Source: an uncultured Saprospiraceae bacterium (lineage in GTDB: Bacteria > Bacteroidota > Bacteroidia > Chitinophagales > Saprospiraceae). From it: DNA of 39,881 nucleotides. This document shows positions 7,882-17,609 of the stretch, one piece after another. The stretch is taken from NCBI GenBank assembly GCA_964595615.1, contig CAZQTE010000004.1, forward strand, positions 1 through 39,881, in the 5' to 3' direction. The notes beneath the pieces are model-generated. The model was not told the DNA's origin. It was given only the letters and a program-made list of their open reading frames with translations, and did no database searches. Position numbers and translations under genes: made by a program. Positions within the stretch are counted from its first letter, which is position 1. Each line of letters begins with the position of its first letter.

Positions 7882-8952
7882 TTAGAGGTCAAAACGCAAA
7901 CCTATGTTGTGCGTACCACCTAAGATTTTAGAAGCACGGTAAGCGTAATCAATACCAACTTGAGTACCAAAAAGACCTTTGTCTTTTGCTTCTTTATTCA
8001 ATGGCAACTGAAGAGAAAAACCTCCTGCTAAACCTGAATAAAGTGGTGCTTCATTAATATTAGAAGAACCCACTTCGTAACGGTATGCACCACGTAAGAT
8101 AAAAATATCTTTTAATGAGTACTCTAAACCAGCACCAAACTGATCTTGAGAGAATGCATTAGAAGTGAAATTACCAACCAGTGTTATGCGGTGTGCATCT
8201 GTGAGACGGAAATCATAAGAAGCTCCAATATTCAACTGAGATTGCAATTCAAATTCTGCTGTACGTTCCTCGATAGCTAAGTTGTAAGAAGAACCTCCAT
8301 TTGGAATCTCAACACTACGAACAATACCTTCTCCTTGGAAACGTAAAGTACCACCTACGTTACGTAAAGAGATACCTAATTTAAAATTATCATCTTCACC
8401 AGTTACATACTGAACACCTGCATCTACCGCAAATGTACTTGCGCGCAAGTCGGCAATTCCTTCTGATACTCCACGAAATAAAACACCAACAGATATTTTG
8501 TTTTCGAAAACATGAGAGTAACCAACACCAATATTAATAAAACGTGGAGAGAAATTTGCTCCAGTTCCTTCTGGTTGGTTAGTTGTTGTAATTGGAATAT
8601 CACCAAAATCTAATGCCATTACACTAAATGCAAGGGCGCCATTTTCACCTACCCTTTGAGATAAACCAAATGCGTTTATGTCAATTCCAGAACCTTGCAA
8701 ATATTTTGCGTGACTCAAGTTTACCTGAGTTTTATTAATACGCGCAGCTCCTGCAATGTTTAATCTAAGAGCGTCTACACCAGATACATTTGCTGTATTC
8801 ATGCTGTGTAAACCTGCACTACGTGCCCATGGCATCATCAACAACTCAAATGCTCCTGCCTCACCTTGACGGTCAGGGTTTCCTGCTTGAGCAGTCTCAG
8901 CTAGCATACAAACTAATGCAAAAGACAATATGAAGTAAATATATTTAGTCAT
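7882..8952 (-). CDS. PorV/PorQ-family outer-membrane beta-barrel
   Basis: 356 aa with a signal peptide. The N-terminal segment ELLMMPWARSAGLHSMNTANVSGVDALRLNIAGAAR resembles the PorV/PorQ signature (..pdaRa.gmG.a.vA...d..a...NPAg.a). It shows alternating beta-strand character and ends in an aromatic RFDL-type terminus. Confidence 0.6.
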   Translation of the reverse strand: MTKYIYFILSFALVCMLAETAQAGNPDRQGEAGAFELLMMPWARSAGLHSMNTANVSGVDALRLNIAGAARINKTQVNLSHAKYLQGSGIDINAFGLSQRVGENGALAFSVMALDFGDIPITTTNQPEGTGANFSPRFINIGVGYSHVFENKISVGVLFRGVSEGIADLRASTFAVDAGVQYVTGEDDNFKLGISLRNVGGTLRFQGEGIVRSVEIPNGGSSYNLAIEERTAEFELQSQLNIGASYDFRLTDAHRITLVGNFTSNAFSQDQFGAGLEYSLKDIFILRGAYRYEVGSSNINEAPLYSGLAGGFSLQLPLNKEAKDKGLFGTQVGIDYAYRASKILGGTHNIGLRFDL

Positions 8953-9057
8953 GTTTATGCTGTTACTTTATTTTTGATATCTCCTAATAAAGGAGATTTC
9001 GACTCAAGATAAAATGAATTATCTTCTTTTATCGATTCAAAAAATATTTATTTAAGA

Positions 9058-9095
9058 AGCAGATACTCTTTTTTTTTTGTAAAAGAGTATCTGCT
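9058..9095 (-). terminator. Hairpin after the 1348-aa gene
   Basis: 15-bp stem agcagatactctttt / aaaagagtatctgct with a T-rich loop, 13 nt downstream of the stop. The tail is only moderately U-rich. Confidence 0.5.
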
Positions 9096-9107
9096 AAAAT
9101 TTTATTC

Positions 9108-12100
9108 CTACAAGTTAGACGGGTCAAGAGCACGGTTAGTACCGAACCATTTGAGCACACGCTCACCTAATCCCTCTGCATCTACGTGTATCAAATAAAC
9201 ACCACCTGCAATCGGAATATTCTTACTATTCTTCATATTCCAATCGATATCTGGCAAGATTTGAGTTTTCGCAATACCCGAACCAACAGGTGCCTGACCT
9301 GTTTCATCACGATCATATCTACGAATGAATTTACCATCCAAAGTATAGATTGTAACGACACACTTAGCAGGTAGATTAGTAATCTTAACTACATTATCTG
9401 TATTGTTACCATCGTAGTCAGAGAAACCATAGTAAGGGTTTGGAACAATGTTAATTTCATCTAGTTGACTTTCAATACCTACTGCATCTAAGTCACCAGC
9501 TTGTTTACCATTGATAGCAAACTCATAGGCAGGATTAGTACCACCCTCAGCTTCTGTTCCTTGCATGTAATCGTAAGCATTATTGACACGCAACTTAATA
9601 GTCAAATCTGCAGGGATTAAACCGTCTGCATAAGATTTAAGTGTTGCACCAGGATTTAGGAATGGTACACCAGTCCAAGTTACCTCTTTCAATGCATTAA
9701 CTCTAGCTAAAGAGTTACCATTTAAAGCTTCAGCAATAGCCTCACATTCATCGTATGGTTGCTTCGTCACATAGATAAAGTGTTGTCCACCTAATACTAA
9801 GTTAAAAGCAGTAGGATTTGTCGCATCTGTAAATGGAGAGAAAAATTGAGATGTTGGATTGAACATCATGTCTCCTCCTGTTGGTGTACCGTCAGTGAAA
9901 AAGTCACAATTACTTGGATTGTCTGTACAATCATAAGATGAGTTTTCTCCAAAGAAGATATTCAAACGTTGTCCTGTTTCTACATCAACAGCATAGCCAG
10001 GGAAGTATCCCATTCCCATACCTGTGTTGTCTGCATCAGGCAAACCGTCACCGTCATTATCATCTAAACCTACACTTGGTGATTGTCGTGGATCTAAACT
10101 TTCCGCTCCTCCAATAGCAGGAAGTACTGGAGAAGTTGATGTTTCTACAATAACACAACGAGACCATAGATTCTTATCAGAAGTAAATACAATATTTACA
10201 TTGTTCAAATCTGCATAAGAAGTTGTATTTCTTACCAAGTTGTTACTGTTATTCTGCCATGCTGGAGATACATTACCAAATGGGTAAAGAACTTGACCTG
10301 TACGGTATTCTGCTAATTTGTAAGGGAAAAATCCACTACCAATATTTACAAGACCGCCATCTGGATCTTCTGCATTTAAGTCACCCGCCGCTGCGAAGTT
10401 TAATCCTAAAGATAAGAATTGTGAATTACCAATAAGATCGCCTCCTAAGTTAGGAATACCAACATACCAAGGCGTTGCGTCTTCATCTGCATATTCTTCA
10501 ACTGCCCCGATAGCACCATTCGTATCGTCTAATTGTGCTCCAGGCTCGGAAACTTGACCGATAGATACTGTAAATCCGTACTCTCCAATGATTTGCTCAT
10601 TAAGAGCATCTATTGATTTTTCAGAATCGACCTCAACACTAGAGCCTGAAGTCATTCTCCACTTTTTCAAATCTCCGTCGCTTCCAAAGTCTTCGTCTAA
10701 GATATCTAACTTAAATTCGCCATCTCTAACATCTAATGGGTTATAGACTTTTACATCTATTGGTCCTAGTCCTTCTTTGTACACAATTGGTTCATCAAAA
10801 CGACCTCCATTGCTATTAAAAGAACTTGAGTTTTTGATGTTGTCCAATGTCTCCTCTGTAAGATCTAAGAAATTCCCACCATTACCAACACCGTCCAAAC
10901 GGGTAATTTGAGCACCGTCACCATAAGCAGAATTTAGATTTCTATCTGTAATTGGACGAGGAATACCAATGTAAGTATTAATATTTCTACGACCTTCTAC
11001 ATAAGGTTTTGCTTGACCTTCCCCAAAGGAAGGATCAAAGTTTTGCCAATTGTTGTATCCGTATGCAATAGCAGAGAAATAATACTTCTTATGATTAATT
11101 AAAGTCGCATTATTACCACCTGCAAACTGATCTTTATCTATAACAAATGTATGACGAATACCATTGTCTGCTCCTTCTACTTCTTTTACGGCAGTAAATA
11201 TTGACTCACCAATAAAATCTGGAGTATCATCTAATGCATTCCAATTGTATAATGTAGAAATACCATCCTTGATATCTACTTGTCCAATAATACGGGCTTT
11301 GTCAGGATTATCGTAATCTCCTGTTGATACAAATCCATCGATTAACTGATAAATGATGTAACCTTGGAATTCATAAAATTCATTACCTGGTGCATTGATA
11401 TCAAGTTCAGTGTATAACTCATTTGCATTGTTTGATGTAAATTCATCATTTGTCAAAATCAATACTACCTCACGATCTAATTCGATGATGTCTACATCTG
11501 GAGCATCTGGCCCATCCAAAATATCAAAACAAGAGTTGAAAAGATTTTGAGCCAAATCATCTGCATTGAATAAACGAGACATATCTGGACATGGGTAATC
11601 AAAGTCTGGAACCCATACCGCACCAACAATTAATTCATTAACTGCACCCGGCAAAAGAGTAAATGGTCCTGATGCCTGTACCGTACGACGGTCATACTCA
11701 GGATTATTAGCTGCTGCTGCTGTACACATTGACCAACCTGCTTGATCATCTGGTTCATCAGGGAATACATATTGTACAGGAGTTGTACCTCCATATCCAT
11801 TTCCTCCTTCTGTAAATGGTGTACCATCACGCCATAATCCACTCATGTAACGGTAATACTCAAGAACCGTATTAGGGTCAGTCTCCGCACCTGGAGGAGG
11901 TCCTTCACCTGGGTTATTAAAGTAAGTAAAGGAAGACATTCCTAATTCTACTTCAAGTTGCTCGCCCAATGAATCCAATACAGGGTTACCCATATCGTCA
12001 AATATTGGTTCTTTTGGTCCACGGAAATAGTCAATACCCAATGCTGGAATTGTAGTTCCATAAGTTTCTACTGCTCCACACTGTGTACCAACATCACCAT

Positions 12101-13154
12101 CTTCGGCGTCAACGTTGTAATAATAAGCTAAACTACGTGTCGTATCACAACCGATGTAATCATCAGTAAAACATCCCAAATCGGCATCTACCCACATTGC
12201 AAAGAATGTAGAGTCAATCTTAAGAGAGGCACGGTTAATCAACTTATAACGTTGAAAAGTCATATCATTCAAGGCATCATTTGTTTCATAAGCAAATGAT
12301 TGAACCTGAATTTCCATTTTAATTTTGTCACCATTAGACTCTGTGTGGACATTACCTGCATCATTATATATCCAGAAAAACATCTGGTCAGGGAATTGCG
12401 GAGTCACACATCCTTCAATCTCGATAATCGGAAAATCTCCCATTAATGGATTGTACTTTTCATCTCCATCTTCATCCCAAAATGCACCTAAACCTTGTGT
12501 TGTATTAGGTAGTTCAAAATTGTTGATTTCAACGAAAAAAGGATTTCCTTTACCAGGCCAACCTTTTACTCCTAATGGAATGTCAGCAGGGTCATATTCT
12601 GTTCCTGTACTAATAGCTCTGTTGTAAGTATCCAGGTGTTCCTCAATCTCTGGTCCTGTTACTACCCAAAAACGGTCCCATTGTTCACAAATAGAATCAG
12701 CTGTAGTACCACGTAATACAGGGTCTTCACTTGGATTCAATGGTCCAGTCCAAAAGTCACGTGAATCCGCCCCAGCATTACCATACTGCTGAGCAGCTAC
12801 TTTGTATGCACCCTCTTGGATACCACCTAACCATACACCACCTGCGAAGATAGAAGAAACCTCTCTATCTCCAGCTTCTAGTGGTTTTGGTACAATATAT
12901 TTACCATCAGAACGATCCCACCATACATCACCACCTGTCGTTAGACGGGCACGTACATTATTAACATTCTGATCAATCTGTGCTACTGGCTTCACACAGT
13001 CATTTCTAAAAGAAGCGACACTCTCTGGGTTACTATTCCCCGTATTTGGTGTCGAGTTATTCGGCGAGTTGTTTAAAGGGCTAATGTGTGCATTCGCTGA
13101 AAAAGCGAAGAACAAAGCCAACAAACTCATTAAATACCACTTTCTAAAATTCAT
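9108..13154 (-). CDS. Large secreted protein of unknown function with C-terminal beta-sandwich (FlgD-Ig / T9SS-CTD-like) domain
   Basis: 1348 aa. Signal peptide LLALFFAFSANA. The C-terminus is VPNPYY...VVTIYTLDGKFIRRY...IDWNMKNSKNIPIAGGVYLIHVDAEG...KWFG. I recognise no catalytic motif. Confidence 0.55.
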   Translation of the reverse strand: MNFRKWYLMSLLALFFAFSANAHISPLNNSPNNSTPNTGNSNPESVASFRNDCVKPVAQIDQNVNNVRARLTTGGDVWWDRSDGKYIVPKPLEAGDREVSSIFAGGVWLGGIQEGAYKVAAQQYGNAGADSRDFWTGPLNPSEDPVLRGTTADSICEQWDRFWVVTGPEIEEHLDTYNRAISTGTEYDPADIPLGVKGWPGKGNPFFVEINNFELPNTTQGLGAFWDEDGDEKYNPLMGDFPIIEIEGCVTPQFPDQMFFWIYNDAGNVHTESNGDKIKMEIQVQSFAYETNDALNDMTFQRYKLINRASLKIDSTFFAMWVDADLGCFTDDYIGCDTTRSLAYYYNVDAEDGDVGTQCGAVETYGTTIPALGIDYFRGPKEPIFDDMGNPVLDSLGEQLEVELGMSSFTYFNNPGEGPPPGAETDPNTVLEYYRYMSGLWRDGTPFTEGGNGYGGTTPVQYVFPDEPDDQAGWSMCTAAAANNPEYDRRTVQASGPFTLLPGAVNELIVGAVWVPDFDYPCPDMSRLFNADDLAQNLFNSCFDILDGPDAPDVDIIELDREVVLILTNDEFTSNNANELYTELDINAPGNEFYEFQGYIIYQLIDGFVSTGDYDNPDKARIIGQVDIKDGISTLYNWNALDDTPDFIGESIFTAVKEVEGADNGIRHTFVIDKDQFAGGNNATLINHKKYYFSAIAYGYNNWQNFDPSFGEGQAKPYVEGRRNINTYIGIPRPITDRNLNSAYGDGAQITRLDGVGNGGNFLDLTEETLDNIKNSSSFNSNGGRFDEPIVYKEGLGPIDVKVYNPLDVRDGEFKLDILDEDFGSDGDLKKWRMTSGSSVEVDSEKSIDALNEQIIGEYGFTVSIGQVSEPGAQLDDTNGAIGAVEEYADEDATPWYVGIPNLGGDLIGNSQFLSLGLNFAAAGDLNAEDPDGGLVNIGSGFFPYKLAEYRTGQVLYPFGNVSPAWQNNSNNLVRNTTSYADLNNVNIVFTSDKNLWSRCVIVETSTSPVLPAIGGAESLDPRQSPSVGLDDNDGDGLPDADNTGMGMGYFPGYAVDVETGQRLNIFFGENSSYDCTDNPSNCDFFTDGTPTGGDMMFNPTSQFFSPFTDATNPTAFNLVLGGQHFIYVTKQPYDECEAIAEALNGNSLARVNALKEVTWTGVPFLNPGATLKSYADGLIPADLTIKLRVNNAYDYMQGTEAEGGTNPAYEFAINGKQAGDLDAVGIESQLDEINIVPNPYYGFSDYDGNNTDNVVKITNLPAKCVVTIYTLDGKFIRRYDRDETGQAPVGSGIAKTQILPDIDWNMKNSKNIPIAGGVYLIHVDAEGLGERVLKWFGTNRALDPSNL

Positions 13155-13193
13155 AGCTCCGAGTTTTAAAAAATTTCTAGTTATATTTTTAGA

Positions 13194-13259
13194 GATGTTA
13201 GATTTTAGATGTTAGACTTCAATTTAGTAATTATAGCCTAACATCTAAAATCTAAAATC
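13194..13259. repeat. Inverted heptamer arrays forming a 22-bp stem hairpin
   Basis: Arms 13194-13215 gatgttagattttagatgttag and 13238-13259 ctaacatctaaaatctaaaatc pair at 21/22 positions. It lies between the TBDT-like stop and the 1348-aa start. Confidence 0.85.
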
Positions 13260-13276
13260 TTATCAAGGTGTCCTTC

Positions 13277-16200
13277 TTAGAAGTCTACTCTTGCACCGAT
13301 GTACAATCTGCGCGGTAAGCTCAAAAAGTTCGGATTTAATAAACGCCATTGGTAAGATGCCAAATAGCTTGCTGGATTTGCTCCTGCGGCAATGTTTGTC
13401 TGCGCTTGGTCTGTTTCTAAGAAACCATCAGTAAACGGTGAACCTGTAGCAGAGTAAACTTGGATAATATTAGCCGTATTTAATAAGTTAGCTACACGGA
13501 AGTAAACGTTCAAGTTTAATCCATTGCTTCCTTCTTTCGCTTGACGTAGAGCAAAGTCTTTGTCTACACGGAAGTTTACAGTATTTCTCCAAGGCAAACG
13601 TGAACCATTCAATCCACCTTTTGTCTGACTTCCTGATAAAACCTCAGGTGTTGTAGTAGCAGTATATGGGCGACCAGATACAGCAACTACTTGGATGTTT
13701 GCACCTGCATTAGCAAAAATTTGCTTACCAAATAATTCAGGTCCATTGTATTTTTTACCAGAAGCGTAACGATAATCCAAGTTAAGATTAACTCGGTGAC
13801 GCTCATCAAATGATAATGGATACAATGCACGTAATACTTCACGAGATCCTAAACCACGAGAAGAGTTGGCGTCAGAACCTGTACCGTCTGCAAATTGTAA
13901 TGTGTAAGACGCATTCAATGAAACGTTTCCTGTTCTACGCAAGTCATATTGGAAAGAGAAACCTTTAACAGTACCAAAATCCAAGTTGTCATAAGTATAG
14001 TAATTCGTAATTGCTTCAATATTTTGGTAAATACGAATCTGAATCATGTCTCTCAACTCTTTGTAGTATGCTGCAATTTTCAATGCAGAACTGTTACTAA
14101 TTTTCTGTTGGAAACCAACCTCATAATCAATCGTTTTCTCTGGTCTCAAGTTTGCGTTCGCTTTTGGGCTGTTCGCAGTAAGATTACGACTATCAAAGTT
14201 TAAGTACTCATAAGGACTTGCCACGTTATTAGTTGGTGGACGTTGAACTAAGATATCGTAGTGCGCAAAGAAGTTTGCATCCTCGTTAATCGGGAATGAG
14301 AATGCGATACGAGGCATAAGGTTAACTTGTGGCTTGTAATCTTCAAAAGACGTGTTAATATCAAAGTTTTCATCTCTGATATTTGAGTCAGGGTCTACTC
14401 TCTTTCCGGGTGCGATAGTACCACCAAAAATCTCTGTTGGACTATTTGCTTGTACACCTGAAGGGAAGAACCAAGTATCTCCGTCACGGTATGCTCTCAC
14501 TGAAGTACCTTCTTGAGAGTCTACATAAACGGCAAAGTCGTCTCCAATTGTACTAGGGCTAGCAATACCAAATTTCTCTTGGAAAGAGCTTGCTGTTTCT
14601 AACTCATATAAAGAGTATGGATCTTTTAATACTTTCGTATTAGCATCATAACTATCTACACGTAAACCCGCACGGATAATAATATCTCTAAATTTGAATT
14701 TATCTTGGATGTATGCAGCAGTATAAGTAGGACGGAAAGGTGCAACTGGACGTGTTAAGTTTCCTGCTTCATCTTTTCTTGTAAAGAAGTCCTCAAATGT
14801 ACCATTAAAGTCATTACCTAAGTAATCATATCCGTAGTAGTCAAAACCTAGTCTCGACTCTGTATTTAACTCAGCAGCAGTAAACATTTCTAAGGCCAAC
14901 TGGTCTGGCGTTAAAGCGTCCGTGTTTACGTTTGTAAATCTGTCTACGCCTAAAGACTCTCTGATATTTTCAAAGAAATTATCATTTCCTAATACACCAC
15001 CACCAGCTCCATATAATTGAACAGGAGTCCAACCAGGAACAGGCTCGTTTGATACGTCAGTAAAATCTGCAGGATTAACATAAACTTCATTAAGGGGATT
15101 GCTCGTATCAACACCGTCAAAACCAACGTTTGCTTGTTGTCTTGCTACTGTCCACAATTCACGAGGTGACATTTCATAAGAGCGGTTTGTTCTTTGCTCA
15201 TATAGTAAACCTATTTCGATACTGTGCTTCCCTTTCTCTGATCCGCCTGGCAATAAATCAAAACTAGCATTTACTTGTCCCGTTAATGTTTGTTCATCTC
15301 TAATATTGTAAAAGTTATATACTGTACCTACATTAGTATGAAAATTATAACTATCAGTAAATAAATCTGAAGTACGTCCATTTAATGCTGGATCACCAAG
15401 ACCTGGTTGGTTATAATTTGCTAAAACAGGGTTAATATCACCTGCGACAAATCCACCTTCTCCTGGCTCTTGACGATAACCTTGGTGCTCGATTACTTGG
15501 TTACCAAATTCGTCAATAATTACATTACCTGCGTCATCACGAGCAAGTCCAATCTCAGGTTCGTATGTCGCATCAAAAGAACCAACATAACCATAGTTAA
15601 ATAGATTTTCACCATGTCTTGGATCTCCTAGCTTATAATCAAACTGCTCTAAACCTGCTTGAATAGTATAAGACGCATTACGGATAGCATTTCCTTTGGC
15701 AGCTTTAGCATCGTCTGCATTAGCTGTACCTTCAGATGATTTACCTAAACGGTGACGGAAACGGAAGTTTCCACGGTAACGTTTCTCATCTGTAAAAGGA
15801 TTATTATGCGCATTTAATAAACGCCAGTTTGCCGCTGTTGCACTTGCTTCCCCTGGAGTAAAAAAGTCGATTTCACCAGAATAAGTACCAGTTACTGCAA
15901 CATCAATAGCATCACTCAAACGTGCATCAATTTTTGCAGTTAAATCTAAACGTTCATTTTGTTCAAATGGCTGAATGTCTAAAACATCAACATCTTCTTC
16001 TGTCAAAAAATCAGCGGTAGGACCTCCTACATAAGTAGGTGTTTCTTCCAATCTTGCTAAAGCCTCATCATTAATACGGAAAATATCTACAGCAGATGGA
16101 TCATCATCTTCTAAGTATCTGTACTGACCTGAAATACGATACCCCAATAAAGCATTACCCTCTTTATTTTTAATGATAGGACCGTTCAAGTAAGCAGATG

Positions 16201-16939
16201 CTAAGTTATAACCATAAGGATCTAAGTATCTCGAAGTCTCTATATCAAATCCACCACCAAATTTAGCTGAAGGACCTTTAGTCGTGATAGAGATAACACC
16301 ACCTGTTACATCACCATACTTAGCACCGATACCACCTGTAATAACTTGTAATTGCTCAATCTCTGACTGAGGTATTAAGTTACCCGATACACGAATACCA
16401 TCAATGTAGTAAAAAGTACCGTCAGAACGAGAACCACGTATAGATACCGCATCTCCCTCATCCGCAGAATTAGTACCTGCTACTTGCGAGATGATACCAT
16501 TAATGTTTTTCGACGGAAGATTCGCGATGTCCTTACTCGTCAAAGACGCACCTTGTGTAGTGTTGTCTTGCTCAACTAGAGGAACTTTAAATTCTCTAAC
16601 TACTGCTGTTGCAAGAGTTACTCCTGATGCCAAAGTAGCATCTAAGGTTGTTTCTTTATCAGCATTAATTAATACACCTTCATACTTCACGTCTTCATAA
16701 CCAACATACTTGAAGACAACTTCATAAGTACCAGGGTCAATAGGTGAAATAATAAAGTTACCGTCAAAGTCAGTTTGCTCTCCTGTTACAAGAGCACCAT
16801 TACGATAAAGTACTACATCTCCGAAAAGAATCGGTTCTCCCGTATCAGCGTCGGTTACTTTACCCGACAGGGCGGACTGAGCGGTAGCAGACACCAGTCC
16901 CATTAGTAAAAAAGAAAAAATAAGTAGATAACGTGCCAT
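13277..16939 (-). CDS. TonB-dependent-receptor-like outer-membrane protein with N-terminal CarboxypepD_reg domain (Oar-like architecture)
   Basis: I prefer the start at Met26 (MARYLLIFSFLLMGLVSATAQ signal). Carboxypeptidase-regulatory-like segment GKVTDADTGEPILFGDVVLYRNG...GTYEVVFKYVGYED. Plug motifs SIRGSRSDGTFYYIDGIRV and ITGGIGAKYGDVTGGVISITTK. C-terminus LYIGARVDF. Confidence 0.85.
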   Translation of the reverse strand: MARYLLIFSFLLMGLVSATAQSALSGKVTDADTGEPILFGDVVLYRNGALVTGEQTDFDGNFIISPIDPGTYEVVFKYVGYEDVKYEGVLINADKETTLDATLASGVTLATAVVREFKVPLVEQDNTTQGASLTSKDIANLPSKNINGIISQVAGTNSADEGDAVSIRGSRSDGTFYYIDGIRVSGNLIPQSEIEQLQVITGGIGAKYGDVTGGVISITTKGPSAKFGGGFDIETSRYLDPYGYNLASAYLNGPIIKNKEGNALLGYRISGQYRYLEDDDPSAVDIFRINDEALARLEETPTYVGGPTADFLTEEDVDVLDIQPFEQNERLDLTAKIDARLSDAIDVAVTGTYSGEIDFFTPGEASATAANWRLLNAHNNPFTDEKRYRGNFRFRHRLGKSSEGTANADDAKAAKGNAIRNASYTIQAGLEQFDYKLGDPRHGENLFNYGYVGSFDATYEPEIGLARDDAGNVIIDEFGNQVIEHQGYRQEPGEGGFVAGDINPVLANYNQPGLGDPALNGRTSDLFTDSYNFHTNVGTVYNFYNIRDEQTLTGQVNASFDLLPGGSEKGKHSIEIGLLYEQRTNRSYEMSPRELWTVARQQANVGFDGVDTSNPLNEVYVNPADFTDVSNEPVPGWTPVQLYGAGGGVLGNDNFFENIRESLGVDRFTNVNTDALTPDQLALEMFTAAELNTESRLGFDYYGYDYLGNDFNGTFEDFFTRKDEAGNLTRPVAPFRPTYTAAYIQDKFKFRDIIIRAGLRVDSYDANTKVLKDPYSLYELETASSFQEKFGIASPSTIGDDFAVYVDSQEGTSVRAYRDGDTWFFPSGVQANSPTEIFGGTIAPGKRVDPDSNIRDENFDINTSFEDYKPQVNLMPRIAFSFPINEDANFFAHYDILVQRPPTNNVASPYEYLNFDSRNLTANSPKANANLRPEKTIDYEVGFQQKISNSSALKIAAYYKELRDMIQIRIYQNIEAITNYYTYDNLDFGTVKGFSFQYDLRRTGNVSLNASYTLQFADGTGSDANSSRGLGSREVLRALYPLSFDERHRVNLNLDYRYASGKKYNGPELFGKQIFANAGANIQVVAVSGRPYTATTTPEVLSGSQTKGGLNGSRLPWRNTVNFRVDKDFALRQAKEGSNGLNLNVYFRVANLLNTANIIQVYSATGSPFTDGFLETDQAQTNIAAGANPASYLASYQWRLLNPNFLSLPRRLYIGARVDF

Positions 16940-17168
16940 AAAATCCGATTTTATTAAATAGGCTTGATTTTGAGAATTGAGCAAGCCTAATGTATTATGG
17001 TCCAAAATTTTCACCCGGCAGGGGTAAAAACGTGCAATATTAATAATTATTTAATGTTTCGTTATAAGGATTCAAGCTCTCTTGTCAGCAAACTGACCAA
17101 GCTTGATTGAATCTCTGCAAAAACGGTAAGACTCGGACATTTTACAGCCCTGTTTTCTTTCCATTGCT

Positions 17169-17176
17169 CAAAATTA
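17169..17176 (-). promoter_or_regulatory. Candidate Bacteroidota -7 box TAATTTTG
   Basis: Plus-strand caaaatta is TAnnTTTG on the minus strand, about 230 nt upstream of the TBDT-like ATG. The -33 element is poorly spaced. Confidence 0.2.
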
Positions 17177-17609
17177 GAATTTCAAACACTTTTTTTTGCA
17201 CCGAAATATTTGAATAATCAGGTTTCTGTTTTATTGATAAAAATTTCAACTCTAAAATTGATAAATTTACCGTCCAACAAATTCCTCGCAAGTATCTGTT
17301 TATCAGATAATTACAAGAAAAATATCTTTAAGGTGATTAAAGGGTGTGATGTGTATTTTCGGAATTCTGATAATAATAAACAATGCTTTTTCAGCAGCTA
17401 TAAGTCAGCCAGCTGACATTGCAAAATTCCTAGTTTTCTCAAGATGTATGAATGTGGTAGATTCTCTAATAAAATATAAAGGTAACATATTATAAAAAAA
17501 CTAGTTACCTCTGATAAGGATGCAAAGAAACTTAATTCAATTCGAAAACTTGCAATATTTTCAATCTTTTTCAGCTAGAAATCGTAAAAGTCCCCTTTTT
17601 GTGGGAGAT

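Noticed and set aside
9186-12627. Short ORFs (60-100 aa) inside or antisense to the 1348-aa gene. Similar ones lie inside crtI, the TBDT-like gene, both giant cargo genes, the FkbM gene, the His-rich lipoprotein gene, the LRR gene and the symporter gene.
   Set aside because: All are nested in much longer ORFs that carry recognisable domains. They have skewed composition and no independent support.
9108-13154. PorU (T9SS C-terminal signal peptidase), suggested by its position directly upstream of a PorV-like gene
   Set aside because: I cannot see the gingipain/C25-like catalytic region or the typical PorU N-terminal pattern. Gene order alone is insufficient, so it is left as unknown. A profile search should settle this.
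16940-17014. 25-codon N-terminal extension of the TBDT-like ORF
   Set aside because: Met26 starts a typical signal peptide. The upstream codons look like translated leader sequence.
17210-17416. 68-aa ORF in the long AT-rich gap
   Set aside because: Composition is Asn/Lys/Ile/Ser-rich, driven by AT content. It has no signal, TM or known motif and no obvious start context.
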